Both the position numbers and the translations under genes were made by a program. From assembly GCF_000007145.1 (NCBI RefSeq), contig NC_003902.1, positions 3,026,497 to 3,058,496 of the forward strand: 32,000 nt of DNA, given 5' to 3'. The stretch's first letter is position 1. Each line of letters begins with the position of its first letter. Below the pieces are notes generated by a model. The model worked only from the letters and a program-made list of their open reading frames with translations. It was not told the DNA's origin and made no database searches. Shown one piece after another: positions 9,701 through 17,786 of this stretch. The DNA comes from Xanthomonas campestris pv. campestris str. ATCC 33913. GTDB taxonomy: Bacteria; Pseudomonadota; Gammaproteobacteria; Xanthomonadales; Xanthomonadaceae.

Positions 9701-10254
9701 GACGACACTCCTTGTGACATGACCGATCAACAGCGCAACACCGTGCCCCGCCGTCTGGCCGGGGATTGCGCGGACTGCGCAGTTTACCCGGCGCAAGGCA
9801 AGGGATGCGCCTTGCTGCATGAGGGCTGCCCTGTTTCGCGACGTGATGCCGATGAGCGTGTTGACGCATGACCTAGATGCGCCTGACGCAGTCGCACGCC
9901 AACGACCCGGTACTCACGCTGATCGCCGCGCTGCATCCCGCAACAATCGGTGCACGCCTCCACTGGACGAAACATCGCACTCCCATGGGTCACCGTCATG
10001 CGCATTCGACACCCATGGTCATGCTGATATCGCGCACGCCCAACAGTGACAACAGCTCGACACGAAGCGCACGCACGACTAGCCAATCAACATGGGACCG
10101 CCCTCCCCGCTCTCTACCGCGCACTCCCCACACTGCCCTGTCCCTCTCCAACTCAGCTACCGAGCTCTTCCACTACCGAACAACCGGAACATCCAATTGC
10201 GCGCCGGCACGCGCCGCCGCACAATCGCGCCACACCACACGCTTGGGGAGCGTC

Positions 10255-11091
10255 ATGGAAGACCGTTTTCGCGCACGCAAGGTGGCGGCGCAGGCTGCGC
10301 CCGCACCGTTCTGGACCCGTATTCCGGCCATCGCCACCTATCCGCTGCGTGGCTCTGCGCTATATGCGCTCATCGCCTTGACCTTGTGCAGCGCGCTGCT
10401 GGTCTTGCCGGGCATCCTGAAGCTTGTTGTGCTGGGCGTGCTCGGCATGGCCACCTATACCTACGCCTTCGACATCCTGCGGCACAGCGCCAACGGCGAG
10501 CACGATGCGCCGCGGCTGGGCTACAACAGCTTCGACAGCGCCGTACTGCGGCTGATCCTGCTGGCCTTTGCACTGGGTATCGTGATCGTCGCCGCCGGCG
10601 TGATCGCCGGCAAACCTGGCTTGACCGTTGCGTACCTGGCCGTCCAGCTGTTGCTGCCCGGCATGATGATCGCCCTGGCCATCGACGGCAGCCTGCGCCG
10701 CGCACTCAATCCGGCGGTCTCTATCGACATGGCGCTACGCATCGGCTGGCCGTACCTGGCCGCCTATGGCTTGCTCTACGTCATCCAGGGCAGCGGCACG
10801 GCGGCGATCTTCGTGGCATTGAAGTACCTGCCGCCGGTGGTGCGCGAGCTGACCATCGTGGTGGCCTCGATCTGGAGCCTGTTCGCCAGCTTCCATCTGA
10901 TGGGCTATCTGGTCTACCAGTACCACGAGGAACTCGGCTACGAGCCCAGCCGCGGCATTGCCCTGCAGCGCGAAGACCCCGACCAACGCCTGCTCGACGA
11001 AGCAGAGCAGTTCGTGCGCGATGGGCATTCGGACGAAGCATTTCAGGCCTTGCGCGGCGCGCTCGCGTGCGGTGAGCCTGGCGGTGCATGA
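10255..11091 (+). CDS. Multi-pass membrane protein (at least five TM helices); possibly the N-terminal part of a frame-disrupted larger gene
   Basis: ATG 10255 preceded by GGGGAG. 278 aa with hydrophobic helices (e.g. LRLILLAFALGIVIVAAGVIAG, LTVAYLAVQLLLPGMMIALAI, LTIVVASIWSLFASFHLMGYLVY). The track start 9877 is rejected because that stretch is P/T/H-rich and non-coding-like. Confidence 0.6.
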   Translation: MEDRFRARKVAAQAAPAPFWTRIPAIATYPLRGSALYALIALTLCSALLVLPGILKLVVLGVLGMATYTYAFDILRHSANGEHDAPRLGYNSFDSAVLRLILLAFALGIVIVAAGVIAGKPGLTVAYLAVQLLLPGMMIALAIDGSLRRALNPAVSIDMALRIGWPYLAAYGLLYVIQGSGTAAIFVALKYLPPVVRELTIVVASIWSLFASFHLMGYLVYQYHEELGYEPSRGIALQREDPDQRLLDEAEQFVRDGHSDEAFQALRGALACGEPGGA

Positions 11092-11524
11092 GCTGTATCA
11101 GCGCCTGCTGCGCCAGCACCACCGCAACGACGAACTGCGCGACCACACCCGCCAGTACATCAATCGCCTGCTGCAGGAAAAACACGAGCGACGCGCACTG
11201 GCCCTGCAACGCGAAGCATTGGACACCGACCCCGCCTTTGCGCCGCTATTGCCCGAGCAGGCGACGCTGCTGGCCGAGCGCGCGAAGATGGCCGGGCAAT
11301 ACCAGCTGGCGACCGATGGCCTGTTGGCCGCGATCGGCGCGTGGCCGCGCGAGCGCATGCTGCCGGCCTGGTCGCTGGACGCCGGCTTGCTGTTGGCCGA
11401 GCGTTTCGGGCGCGACGACGACGCGCGCATGGTGCTGCAGAACGCGCTGGACCACTGCGACGATGAAGCCCAGCACGCCAAGCTGGCAGCGGCATTGAAA
11501 GCGGTCGCGATTCAACCGGCGTAA
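11072..11524 (+). CDS. Helical-repeat (TPR-like) protein segment: either an independent GTG-initiated CDS or the C-terminal part of the preceding gene after a +1 frame change
   Basis: The +1 frame relative to 10255..11091 is open well upstream and reads ...VSLAVHELYQRLLRQHHRNDELRDHTRQYINRLLQEKHERRALALQREALDTDP... to the stop at 11524. In-frame GTGs lie at 11072 and 11084. No SD seen. Confidence 0.4.
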   Translation: MSLAVHELYQRLLRQHHRNDELRDHTRQYINRLLQEKHERRALALQREALDTDPAFAPLLPEQATLLAERAKMAGQYQLATDGLLAAIGAWPRERMLPAWSLDAGLLLAERFGRDDDARMVLQNALDHCDDEAQHAKLAAALKAVAIQPA

Positions 11525-11527
11525 GTG

Positions 11528-11555
11528 GCGGCTGCGTGGCCTTTTCCGCAGCCGC
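11528..11555. terminator. Hairpin between convergent genes (possible bidirectional terminator)
   Basis: GCGGCTGCG-tggccttttc-CGCAGCCGC, a 9-bp stem. It occupies almost the whole 33-bp gap between the stops at 11524 and 11558. Confidence 0.45.
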
Positions 11556-11557
11556 TC

Positions 11558-13021
11558 TCACCCATTGTCCAGCAGGAACCGCGCCTTATTGGCCTGGCCC
11601 TGCTCGGGGAATTGCTCCAGTAACTGACGCAGCACGCGCGTGCGCTGCTCACCCGCCTGCAACTCGCCATGCCGCAGCGCCAGCACGAACCACTGCTGGG
11701 CAAGCTCCGCGCGCGGAGTGCTCAGCGCACTGTCTTTCAACAGCCGTTCCGCGTCGGCCAGCAGGCCGGTGCGCAGGCAATTGCCGATCAACGCCATCCG
11801 TGCCGATGGATCGCAGTCGAGGTGGTCCTTGGCTAATTCGGCCGCCACCGCCAGCTGCAGGCGCGTCTGTTCGGCGCTGTGCGCGTGCAGCCGCAGCAGC
11901 GTGTCCGCGTGCTGCTGAAGTTCCTTGCGACGGCCCGCGTTACGGGCCACCCGATAGCGCGCCAAGGCAATCTCCGCGCTGCGTGGCTGCTCGCTTGCCA
12001 GCTCTGCCAGCAGGCGCTCGGCCTCGGCATTTTCCATGCGCCCCAGATGCCGCTGTGCACGCTCCCAGCGGTCGTCCGCCTGCGCCACCGCGTCGTCCTC
12101 CATGAAAGCCGGGCGGGTCTGCCGCACCAGCACCAGCAGCACACCGAGCAGCGCGCCACTCACCAGCCCACCGGCATGCGCATCGAAGCCAATGCCTTGA
12201 TTATCGCGCCAGAGCAGGTTGTAGAGCTCCCAGCCCAACCACAGCGGCAGCAGCAGAATCGCCGGACCCCGCACATAGTTGAACACCACGAAAAACCAGT
12301 AGAAAAAGCGCACCCGCCGGCGGCCCCAGACCACGCAGAACGCGCCCATCAGCGCCGCGATTGCGCCAGAGGCGCCCAGCCCGCCACCGGGCTGACCCCA
12401 CCGCCACCACAGGCTCACCGCGCTCGCCCCAAACCCGCCGAGCAGGTATAGCAGCAGGAACCAGCCACTGCCGATCGCCCCTTCCAGCAACGTGCCCAGC
12501 GCCAGCAGGAACACCATGTTGCCCAGCAGATGGTCCAGGTCGCCGTGCAGGAAGGTGGCCGACAGCATGCGCTGCGGCGACCATTCCGAACTGCGCTGGA
12601 TGTGGCGCAAGGTGAACACCTTGGACAGCCGCGCATCGTAGGGCGCACGCAACGCGTACCAGTCGCGTCGTTGCGCATCGTCGTCGAACAGGCGTCCGCT
12701 GCGCAGGGCATCGGTAAACGCCACATCGTTCATGGTCAGCTGCGCCAGGTAGGCCACCCGTTGCCGCGCTGGCACCTTGTCCCATTGCGCCTGGCGCGCC
12801 GCACGCACCTTCGCATCGCTCTGTGCCAGGTAGCGCGCGTGCGCCTTGCCCTCCAGCGCGCCCAGGCCGGACTCCACGTAATAGCGCACCGCATTGGCGA
12901 TGAGGCCGTCGTCCTTGCGCTGGTACCCCACATGGATCACGACATTGAGCAGCACCAGCAGCAGCGTGACCCAGGGAATGTTCTGGCGCGACCAGGGTTT
13001 ATGCAGCGGCATGATCAGCAT
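11558..13021 (-). CDS. Rhomboid-family intramembrane serine protease with C-terminal helical-repeat (TPR-like) extension
   Basis: Rhomboid signatures HGDLDHLLGN (HxxxxHxxxN), catalytic GASGAIAALMG (GxSG) and AHAGGLVSG (His). About 190 aa of helical repeats follow the TM core. ATG at comp. 13021 chosen; the track start 13048 is TTG. Confidence 0.8.
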   Translation of the reverse strand: MLIMPLHKPWSRQNIPWVTLLLVLLNVVIHVGYQRKDDGLIANAVRYYVESGLGALEGKAHARYLAQSDAKVRAARQAQWDKVPARQRVAYLAQLTMNDVAFTDALRSGRLFDDDAQRRDWYALRAPYDARLSKVFTLRHIQRSSEWSPQRMLSATFLHGDLDHLLGNMVFLLALGTLLEGAIGSGWFLLLYLLGGFGASAVSLWWRWGQPGGGLGASGAIAALMGAFCVVWGRRRVRFFYWFFVVFNYVRGPAILLLPLWLGWELYNLLWRDNQGIGFDAHAGGLVSGALLGVLLVLVRQTRPAFMEDDAVAQADDRWERAQRHLGRMENAEAERLLAELASEQPRSAEIALARYRVARNAGRRKELQQHADTLLRLHAHSAEQTRLQLAVAAELAKDHLDCDPSARMALIGNCLRTGLLADAERLLKDSALSTPRAELAQQWFVLALRHGELQAGEQRTRVLRQLLEQFPEQGQANKARFLLDNG

Positions 13022-13128
13022 GGCAGGCGTCCGTGTCCCAAGGCGCAAAGCTTCGCCGGGCGGATGCGGATGCGCAAGCGCGCCATGCGCGCTAGCATCG
13101 CGCCCCCATCCTGCCCTGTTGGTCGCCC

Positions 13129-13635
13129 ATGAGCCGCTGGCGTCCCCCTGCCGAAAAAAGCACTGCGTTGATCACGCCGGAAGGCCATGCGCGGCTCAAG
13201 GCCGAACTGGACGAGCTGTGGCGCCTGCGTCGGCCCGAGGTGGTGCGCGCGCTCGCGGCGGCCGCAGCCGAGGGCGACCGCTCGGAAAACGCCGAGTACA
13301 CCTATCGCAAGAAACAGCTGGGCGAGATCGATCGCCGCGTGCGTTACCTCAGCAAGCGGCTGGAAGCGCTGCGCGTAGTGGATACCGCGCCGACGGATCC
13401 GCAGGCGGTGTTCTTTGGTGCGCAGGTTGAGCTGGAGGATGCCGACAGCGGCGAGCTGCTGCGTTACCGCATCGTGGGGCCGGATGAGACCGACGCCGGG
13501 CGCGGCTGGATCAGCATCGATTCGCCATTGGCGCGCGCACTGCTGAAAAAGCGCGTGGACGATGAGTTCGAGGCACAACTCCCGTCGGGCAAGCACACCT
13601 TTGTGGTGGTGGTGGTGGAGTACGCGGCAACTTAG
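13129..13635 (+). CDS. greB: Transcription elongation factor GreB
   Basis: 168 aa. Gre N-terminal coiled coil with acidic tip ([18 protein letters not shown]) and C-terminal Gre/FKBP-like domain ([10 protein letters not shown]...[14 protein letters not shown]). Confidence 0.9.
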
Positions 13636-13730
13636 GTGGTGTGGGCGTGCGTGAGGCAATCCGGGTGGTTTGGATCCTTGCCTGCTGGTGCCGATGCGCG
13701 CGGTTGGAGGCGTGTGGTTCTGGGGTAACG

Positions 13731-13758
13731 CCTCATCGCGCGCTGGCGCGCTCCTACG
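13731..13758 (-). repeat. REP element, GTAG-type (reverse orientation)
   Basis: The plus strand reads CCTCATCGCGCGCTGGCGCGCTCCTACG, the reverse complement of GTAGGAGCGCGCCAGCGCGCGATGAGG. Same family as 8136. Confidence 0.6.
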
Positions 13759-13819
13759 CGGCTGGCCGTGTACGGTGGCAGTGCAGCGCACCTTGGACAG
13801 TCCAGCTGCGCTGCGGAAG

Positions 13820-13850
13820 CCTTGTCGCGCGCGAGCACGCTCCTACGAGG
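13820..13850 (-). repeat. REP element, GTAG-type (reverse orientation, variant)
   Basis: The plus strand reads CCTTGTCGCGCGCGAGCACGCTCCTACGAGG, the reverse complement of CCTCGTAGGAGCGTGCTCGCGCGCGACAAGG. Second copy in the greB/rimO convergent spacer. Confidence 0.55.
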
Positions 13851-13960
13851 CGGGGTGTACCGATTGCACGCTGATGTGCTGGATAGTTCGGCGCACACCA
13901 GTGTCATTGCACACACCAAGCGGCCAGCGGCGCTGGCCGCTCGCTGGCACGCCGCTGCGG

Positions 13961-15334
13961 CTAGACCATCTGCAGGTTCAATGCGCGGGGCGGCTGCGCC
14001 GCAGGATCAGACGGCAGCGCATCACCGAACAGGTCGTGCTCGTCGCTGTCGGTGATTTCCACATCGACCAGGTCGCCCACCTTCAACTTGAGCTCGCCGC
14101 CGTTCTGGATATGCACCAGGCCGTCGATCTCCGGCGCGTCTGCACGCGAACGGGCCACCGCGATATCGTCTTCGATCAGGTCGACCAGGCATTGCTGCAC
14201 GCTGCCGATCTTGGCTTCCAGCCGCGCCGCGGAAATCTCCGCCTGCCTGGCCATGAAGCGCGCCAGACGCTCCTGCTTCAGTTCTTCCGGCACCGGGTCC
14301 GGCAATGCGTTGGCGCTAGCGCCCTCCACCGGCGAATACGCAAACGCCCCGACGCGATCCAACTGCGCCTGATCCAGAAACTCCAGCAGCGCTTCGAACT
14401 CGGCATCGGTCTCGCCGGGGAAGCCGACGATGAAGGTCGAGCGCACCGTGATCTCCGGGCACATCGCCTTCCAGCGCTGCACGCGCTCCAGGGTCTTTTC
14501 CACTGCGCCCGGCCGCTTCATCAGCTTGAGGATGCGCGGGCTGGCGTGCTGGAACGGGATGTCCAGGTACGGCAGCAGCTTGCCTTCGGCCATCAGCGGA
14601 ATCACATCGTCCACGTGCGGGTACGGGTACACGTAATGCAGGCGCGTCCACACGCCCAGTTCCGACAAGCCTTCGCACAGCGCCTTCATGCGGGTCTGGT
14701 ACATGCGGTCGCGCCACGGGCGCTCGGCATACTTCAGGTCCACGCCGTAGGCCGAGGTGTCCTGCGAGACCACCAGCAGCTCCTTGACGCCGCCGCGCAC
14801 CAGCCGCTCGGCCTCACGCAGCACCTCGTCGACCGGGCGCGAGGCCAGGTCGCCGCGCATGGAAGGAATGATGCAGAAACTGCAGCGGTGATTGCAGCCT
14901 TCGGAAATCTTCAGGTATGCGTAGTGGCGCGGCGTCAGCTTGATGCCGTAGTCCGGCACCAGATCCACGAACGGATCGTGGCGCGGCGGCAGCGCAGCGT
15001 GCACCGCCTCCATCACGCTCTGGTAGTCCTGCGGGCCGGAGACCGCCAGCACCTGCGGGTAGGCCTCGCGGATCTGCTCCGGGCGCTTGCCCAGGCAGCC
15101 GGTGACGATCACCTTGCCGTTGGCGTTCATCGCCTCGCCGATCGCATCCAGCGACTCGGTCACCGCCGAATCGATGAAGCCACAGGTATTGACCACCACC
15201 ACGTCGGCGGCGTCGTAACTGGGCACGATGTCGTAGCCCTCCACGCGTAGCTGGGTGAGGATGCGTTCGGAATCGACGAGCGCCTTCGGGCAGCCAAGGC
15301 TGACGAAGCCGACTTTGGGGTTCAGCTGGGACAT
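13961..15334 (-). CDS. rimO: Ribosomal protein S12 methylthiotransferase
   Basis: ATG at comp. 15334 gives 457 aa: [25 protein letters not shown] (MTTase N-domain), radical-SAM CNHRCSFC, C-terminal TRAM domain. The 165 upstream codons of the track ORF (to 15829) are non-homologous and Arg/Ala-rich. Confidence 0.9.
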
Positions 15335-15383
15335 GGAAGCAGGAGCCTGGGAAACGGAGCGGCCTGGGGCCTGGGCAAGGCCA

Positions 15384-15389
15384 ATTATA
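15384..15389 (-). promoter_or_regulatory. Candidate -10 hexamer (perfect TATAAT) for rimO
   Basis: The minus strand reads ...GCCGCTATAATTGGCC..., 50 nt upstream of the rimO ATG. A perfect TATAAT is uncommon in this GC-rich background. No convincing -35. Confidence 0.3.
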
Positions 15390-15957
15390 GCGGCGTCCGG
15401 GCAGCGCTCTGTCGGCGTTTTTCGATTTCGTGGAATCCGAGGCACGGCGACATGGCTGCATGCTGGTGCGCGAGATGGCCGGCCACCGCGCGTCAGATTT
15501 CCCGCACGCCCTCTACGGACACCACAAGCCGACGCAAGCGAGCTTCGCGCCTGGCGACGGCCTGTGGTGCTTGATTGAGATCCAGGTGCGGGGCCAACCA
15601 GCCGATCGGCGCGTTCTTCGAAGGCCTGCTTGTGCGCGAAAGCGCGTGAAAATGCCGCGGCGACGCTCGCGTCTTTCACTGCCCCTATGCATCCATAGCA
15701 TCCCGCGAGAATAAAAACGCACAAGGAACAAGAAGACTCCGCATCACCTACAGCGGGAAGCGCAGTCGCTTGATCACCTGCCCATGGTCGAGTTATCCAG
15801 CTGGACGCGTAGCGGCAACATGGCGTCATTATCCTCGGCGGCCTTATCGCGACATACCCCCCAGTTCACTTTGAAAGCCGAATCTTCGCAATTCTGTTTG
15901 ATGCTCGATTTTGTTTTCGATTACGTTTGATTAAACATAAAAACTAGTTCTTCATCG

Positions 15958-17568
15958 ATGGATAAAAATCTTAATTTGTGGGATATGAGCACCTTCATCC
16001 AGCAGTATGGCGCTCTAACGGCAGATCATCCAACGCACACACCCGAAGATAGCCCGCAAACCGTTCCGTCTCCGCGATCGTCCTCAGCACATTCGCCGGA
16101 GATTCAGGAGCTAAGAAGCCTTCAGGAAACGCGGCCTGCCAGGCTTGGAGCGCGCTCCCAATCAAGCAGCAGTAAGCACGGCCTTCAGCAGTGCTCCTCC
16201 TCGCCCAGCGACGAAAGTTTTCGTCTGCACGCTGAGTTGGCAGCCTGGTGCGAGCGCGTTGAGACTAAACCCTCACTACTTGCCAAACTGGGTTGTTGTG
16301 CTGCGCCCCCAGTAGTGGGCGATCATCGCGAACAGCGCCGCGAAGCCATGGAGCGGATTATGCGCTGCTTAGATGCGGGACAAGCTGGAACGCAGCTGAC
16401 ACTCAGGGACCTCAACCTGTCGCAGCTGCCGCCTGGACTGCACCGCCTTGCGCACCTACGAGACCTCGACGTGGCGGACAACGTGAACCTCACGCGTCTG
16501 CCAGAAGACTTGAGCCTTTGCAAACACCTTGAGCGGATCAACGCTGACGGTTGCTCCATTGCGGCACTGCCATCGAAAATCGGTGCACTCAAGAATCTAA
16601 GTGAGATTTCTCTCGCGTTCAATGAACTGAGAACCCTTCCAGATTCGATTGGCCAATGCAGCAGCCTGACTACGATTGTGGTGCCCGGTTGCAAGATCAA
16701 TAAATTGCCTGCAAGCCTTGCCAACTTGACGCAGCTGAAAAAGCTGGATGTTGCAGCCAATATTGAACTGAGTGAGCTGTCGCCGCATATGAACCTGGAC
16801 GATGTAGCTGTGCACAGCACACAGACGCGATTGGGATTGATGCACCGAATATTCAAGGCGCCGACGTTCGATCCAGAGACCAGACAGAGGTTGTCCTACC
16901 AAGCTTCAGCGCTGCGCGACCGGTGGGCCGCGCTATCGCATCATCTATCGCCGCAAGCGCGAGCACGGGTTGATCAAATGCGTGAGGGTGCATCGACCAC
17001 ACTTTCCAGTCAAGATCACAAAGCCTCCACCGCGTGGAAGACTGCCACAGAGAAGGTCAGCAGTTGGGCAGAGGAAGGGGCACCGATCACACTTGATCGG
17101 ATTTTCAAACTAAACCAACTGCTGCTCCCCGAGGGGGATGATGATAATGACCCAATTGGCGGCCAACTGCGCAAGGTCGGCATACAAGCTGCCCCTAGCA
17201 ATACATGGACGGAGTGTCGGTACCCTCCGCCCGAGACCCTGAAAGACGAAATGGCGAAGTTTTCCGGATGGCTCGAACATAGTGAACAGCAAGCGCATGC
17301 GCGTGACGCGTTGGGACATATCGAGTTTGCCGCACAGCTTCACCAGCGCTTGGTCAGTCTGCATCCTTTCGATGACGCAAATGGCCGGACAGCGCGTCTT
17401 GCGATGGATTGGGCGCTGCAACGGCACGGTTTGCCGCCTGCCCCGCCCGTTGGTGAAGCAAGCCGCCTGCCAGCGTCATTTCTTGGGGGAAAGCGCGTCA
17501 GTCCGGAGAAGGTTGTCTTGGAAACGCTGGAGGGTATTGCCACGGTTATGAACCAGGTTCACCAGTAG
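15958..17568 (+). CDS. xopAC: Type III effector with LRR and Fic (UMP/AMP-transferase) domains, AvrAC/XopAC
   Basis: 536 aa. Ser/Pro/Gln-rich N-terminus, ~6 LRRs (aa ~145-275, e.g. LRDLNLSQLPPGLHRLAHLRDLDVADN, LKNLSEISLAFNELRTLPDSIGQ), and a Fic core with HPFDDANGRTAR where the His is residue 469. Length, architecture and His469 match what I know of X. campestris pv. campestris AvrAC. Low-GC gene. Confidence 0.9.
   Translation: MDKNLNLWDMSTFIQQYGALTADHPTHTPEDSPQTVPSPRSSSAHSPEIQELRSLQETRPARLGARSQSSSSKHGLQQCSSSPSDESFRLHAELAAWCERVETKPSLLAKLGCCAAPPVVGDHREQRREAMERIMRCLDAGQAGTQLTLRDLNLSQLPPGLHRLAHLRDLDVADNVNLTRLPEDLSLCKHLERINADGCSIAALPSKIGALKNLSEISLAFNELRTLPDSIGQCSSLTTIVVPGCKINKLPASLANLTQLKKLDVAANIELSELSPHMNLDDVAVHSTQTRLGLMHRIFKAPTFDPETRQRLSYQASALRDRWAALSHHLSPQARARVDQMREGASTTLSSQDHKASTAWKTATEKVSSWAEEGAPITLDRIFKLNQLLLPEGDDDNDPIGGQLRKVGIQAAPSNTWTECRYPPPETLKDEMAKFSGWLEHSEQQAHARDALGHIEFAAQLHQRLVSLHPFDDANGRTARLAMDWALQRHGLPPAPPVGEASRLPASFLGGKRVSPEKVVLETLEGIATVMNQVHQ
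17362..17397 (+). other. Fic active-site motif HPFx(D/E)(G/A)NGRxxR within xopAC
   Basis: The codons translate to HPFDDANGRTAR (residues 469-480). Confidence 0.9.
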
Positions 17569-17786
17569 ACCTACACGCCTCAATGCTCAGAACTGCGGCA
17601 AGTGCGGCCCGCGGCTGTTCCAACGCGGACCACGGCTTCCGTTGGATCAATTACATCAGCGCAGGCACCGGGCCGGCGTCCTGAACCGCGCTGGCCTGCG
17701 GCCGCCTGGTGGCAACATCTTCCTCACCTTTCGCGTCGCCGATTCGGCTGATAATGCGCGCTCCCCGTATTGCAGCAGGATTTTCC

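Noticed and set aside
10090-10250. Minus-strand G-rich sequence with six GGA motifs considered as an RsmA/CsrA-sequestering sRNA
   Set aside because: There is no promoter-like element and no intrinsic terminator on the minus strand between here and nudK. The GGA motifs are not demonstrably in hairpin loops. The idea is not supportable from sequence alone.
15335-15829. 5' extensions of track ORFs: rimO to 15829, nudK to 9820, membrane protein from 9877, DLH/HIT frames from 17642/17709, TBDRs from 21308/24781, M13 from 28132, transglycosylase to 6425
   Set aside because: The extensions lack homology to the respective families and often start at non-ATG codons. They are replaced by internal starts that give proper signal peptides, N-termini or SD sequences.
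15885-15909. Possible PIP box (TTCGB-N15-TTCGB) upstream of xopAC
   Set aside because: Only the first half-site (TTCGC, 15885-15889) is canonical. After N15 the sequence is TCGAT (or CTCGA after N14), and the next TTCGA is 26 nt away. I also see no matching -10-like YANNRT at the expected distance. An imperfect, still functional HrpX site cannot be excluded, but I cannot support the call from sequence.
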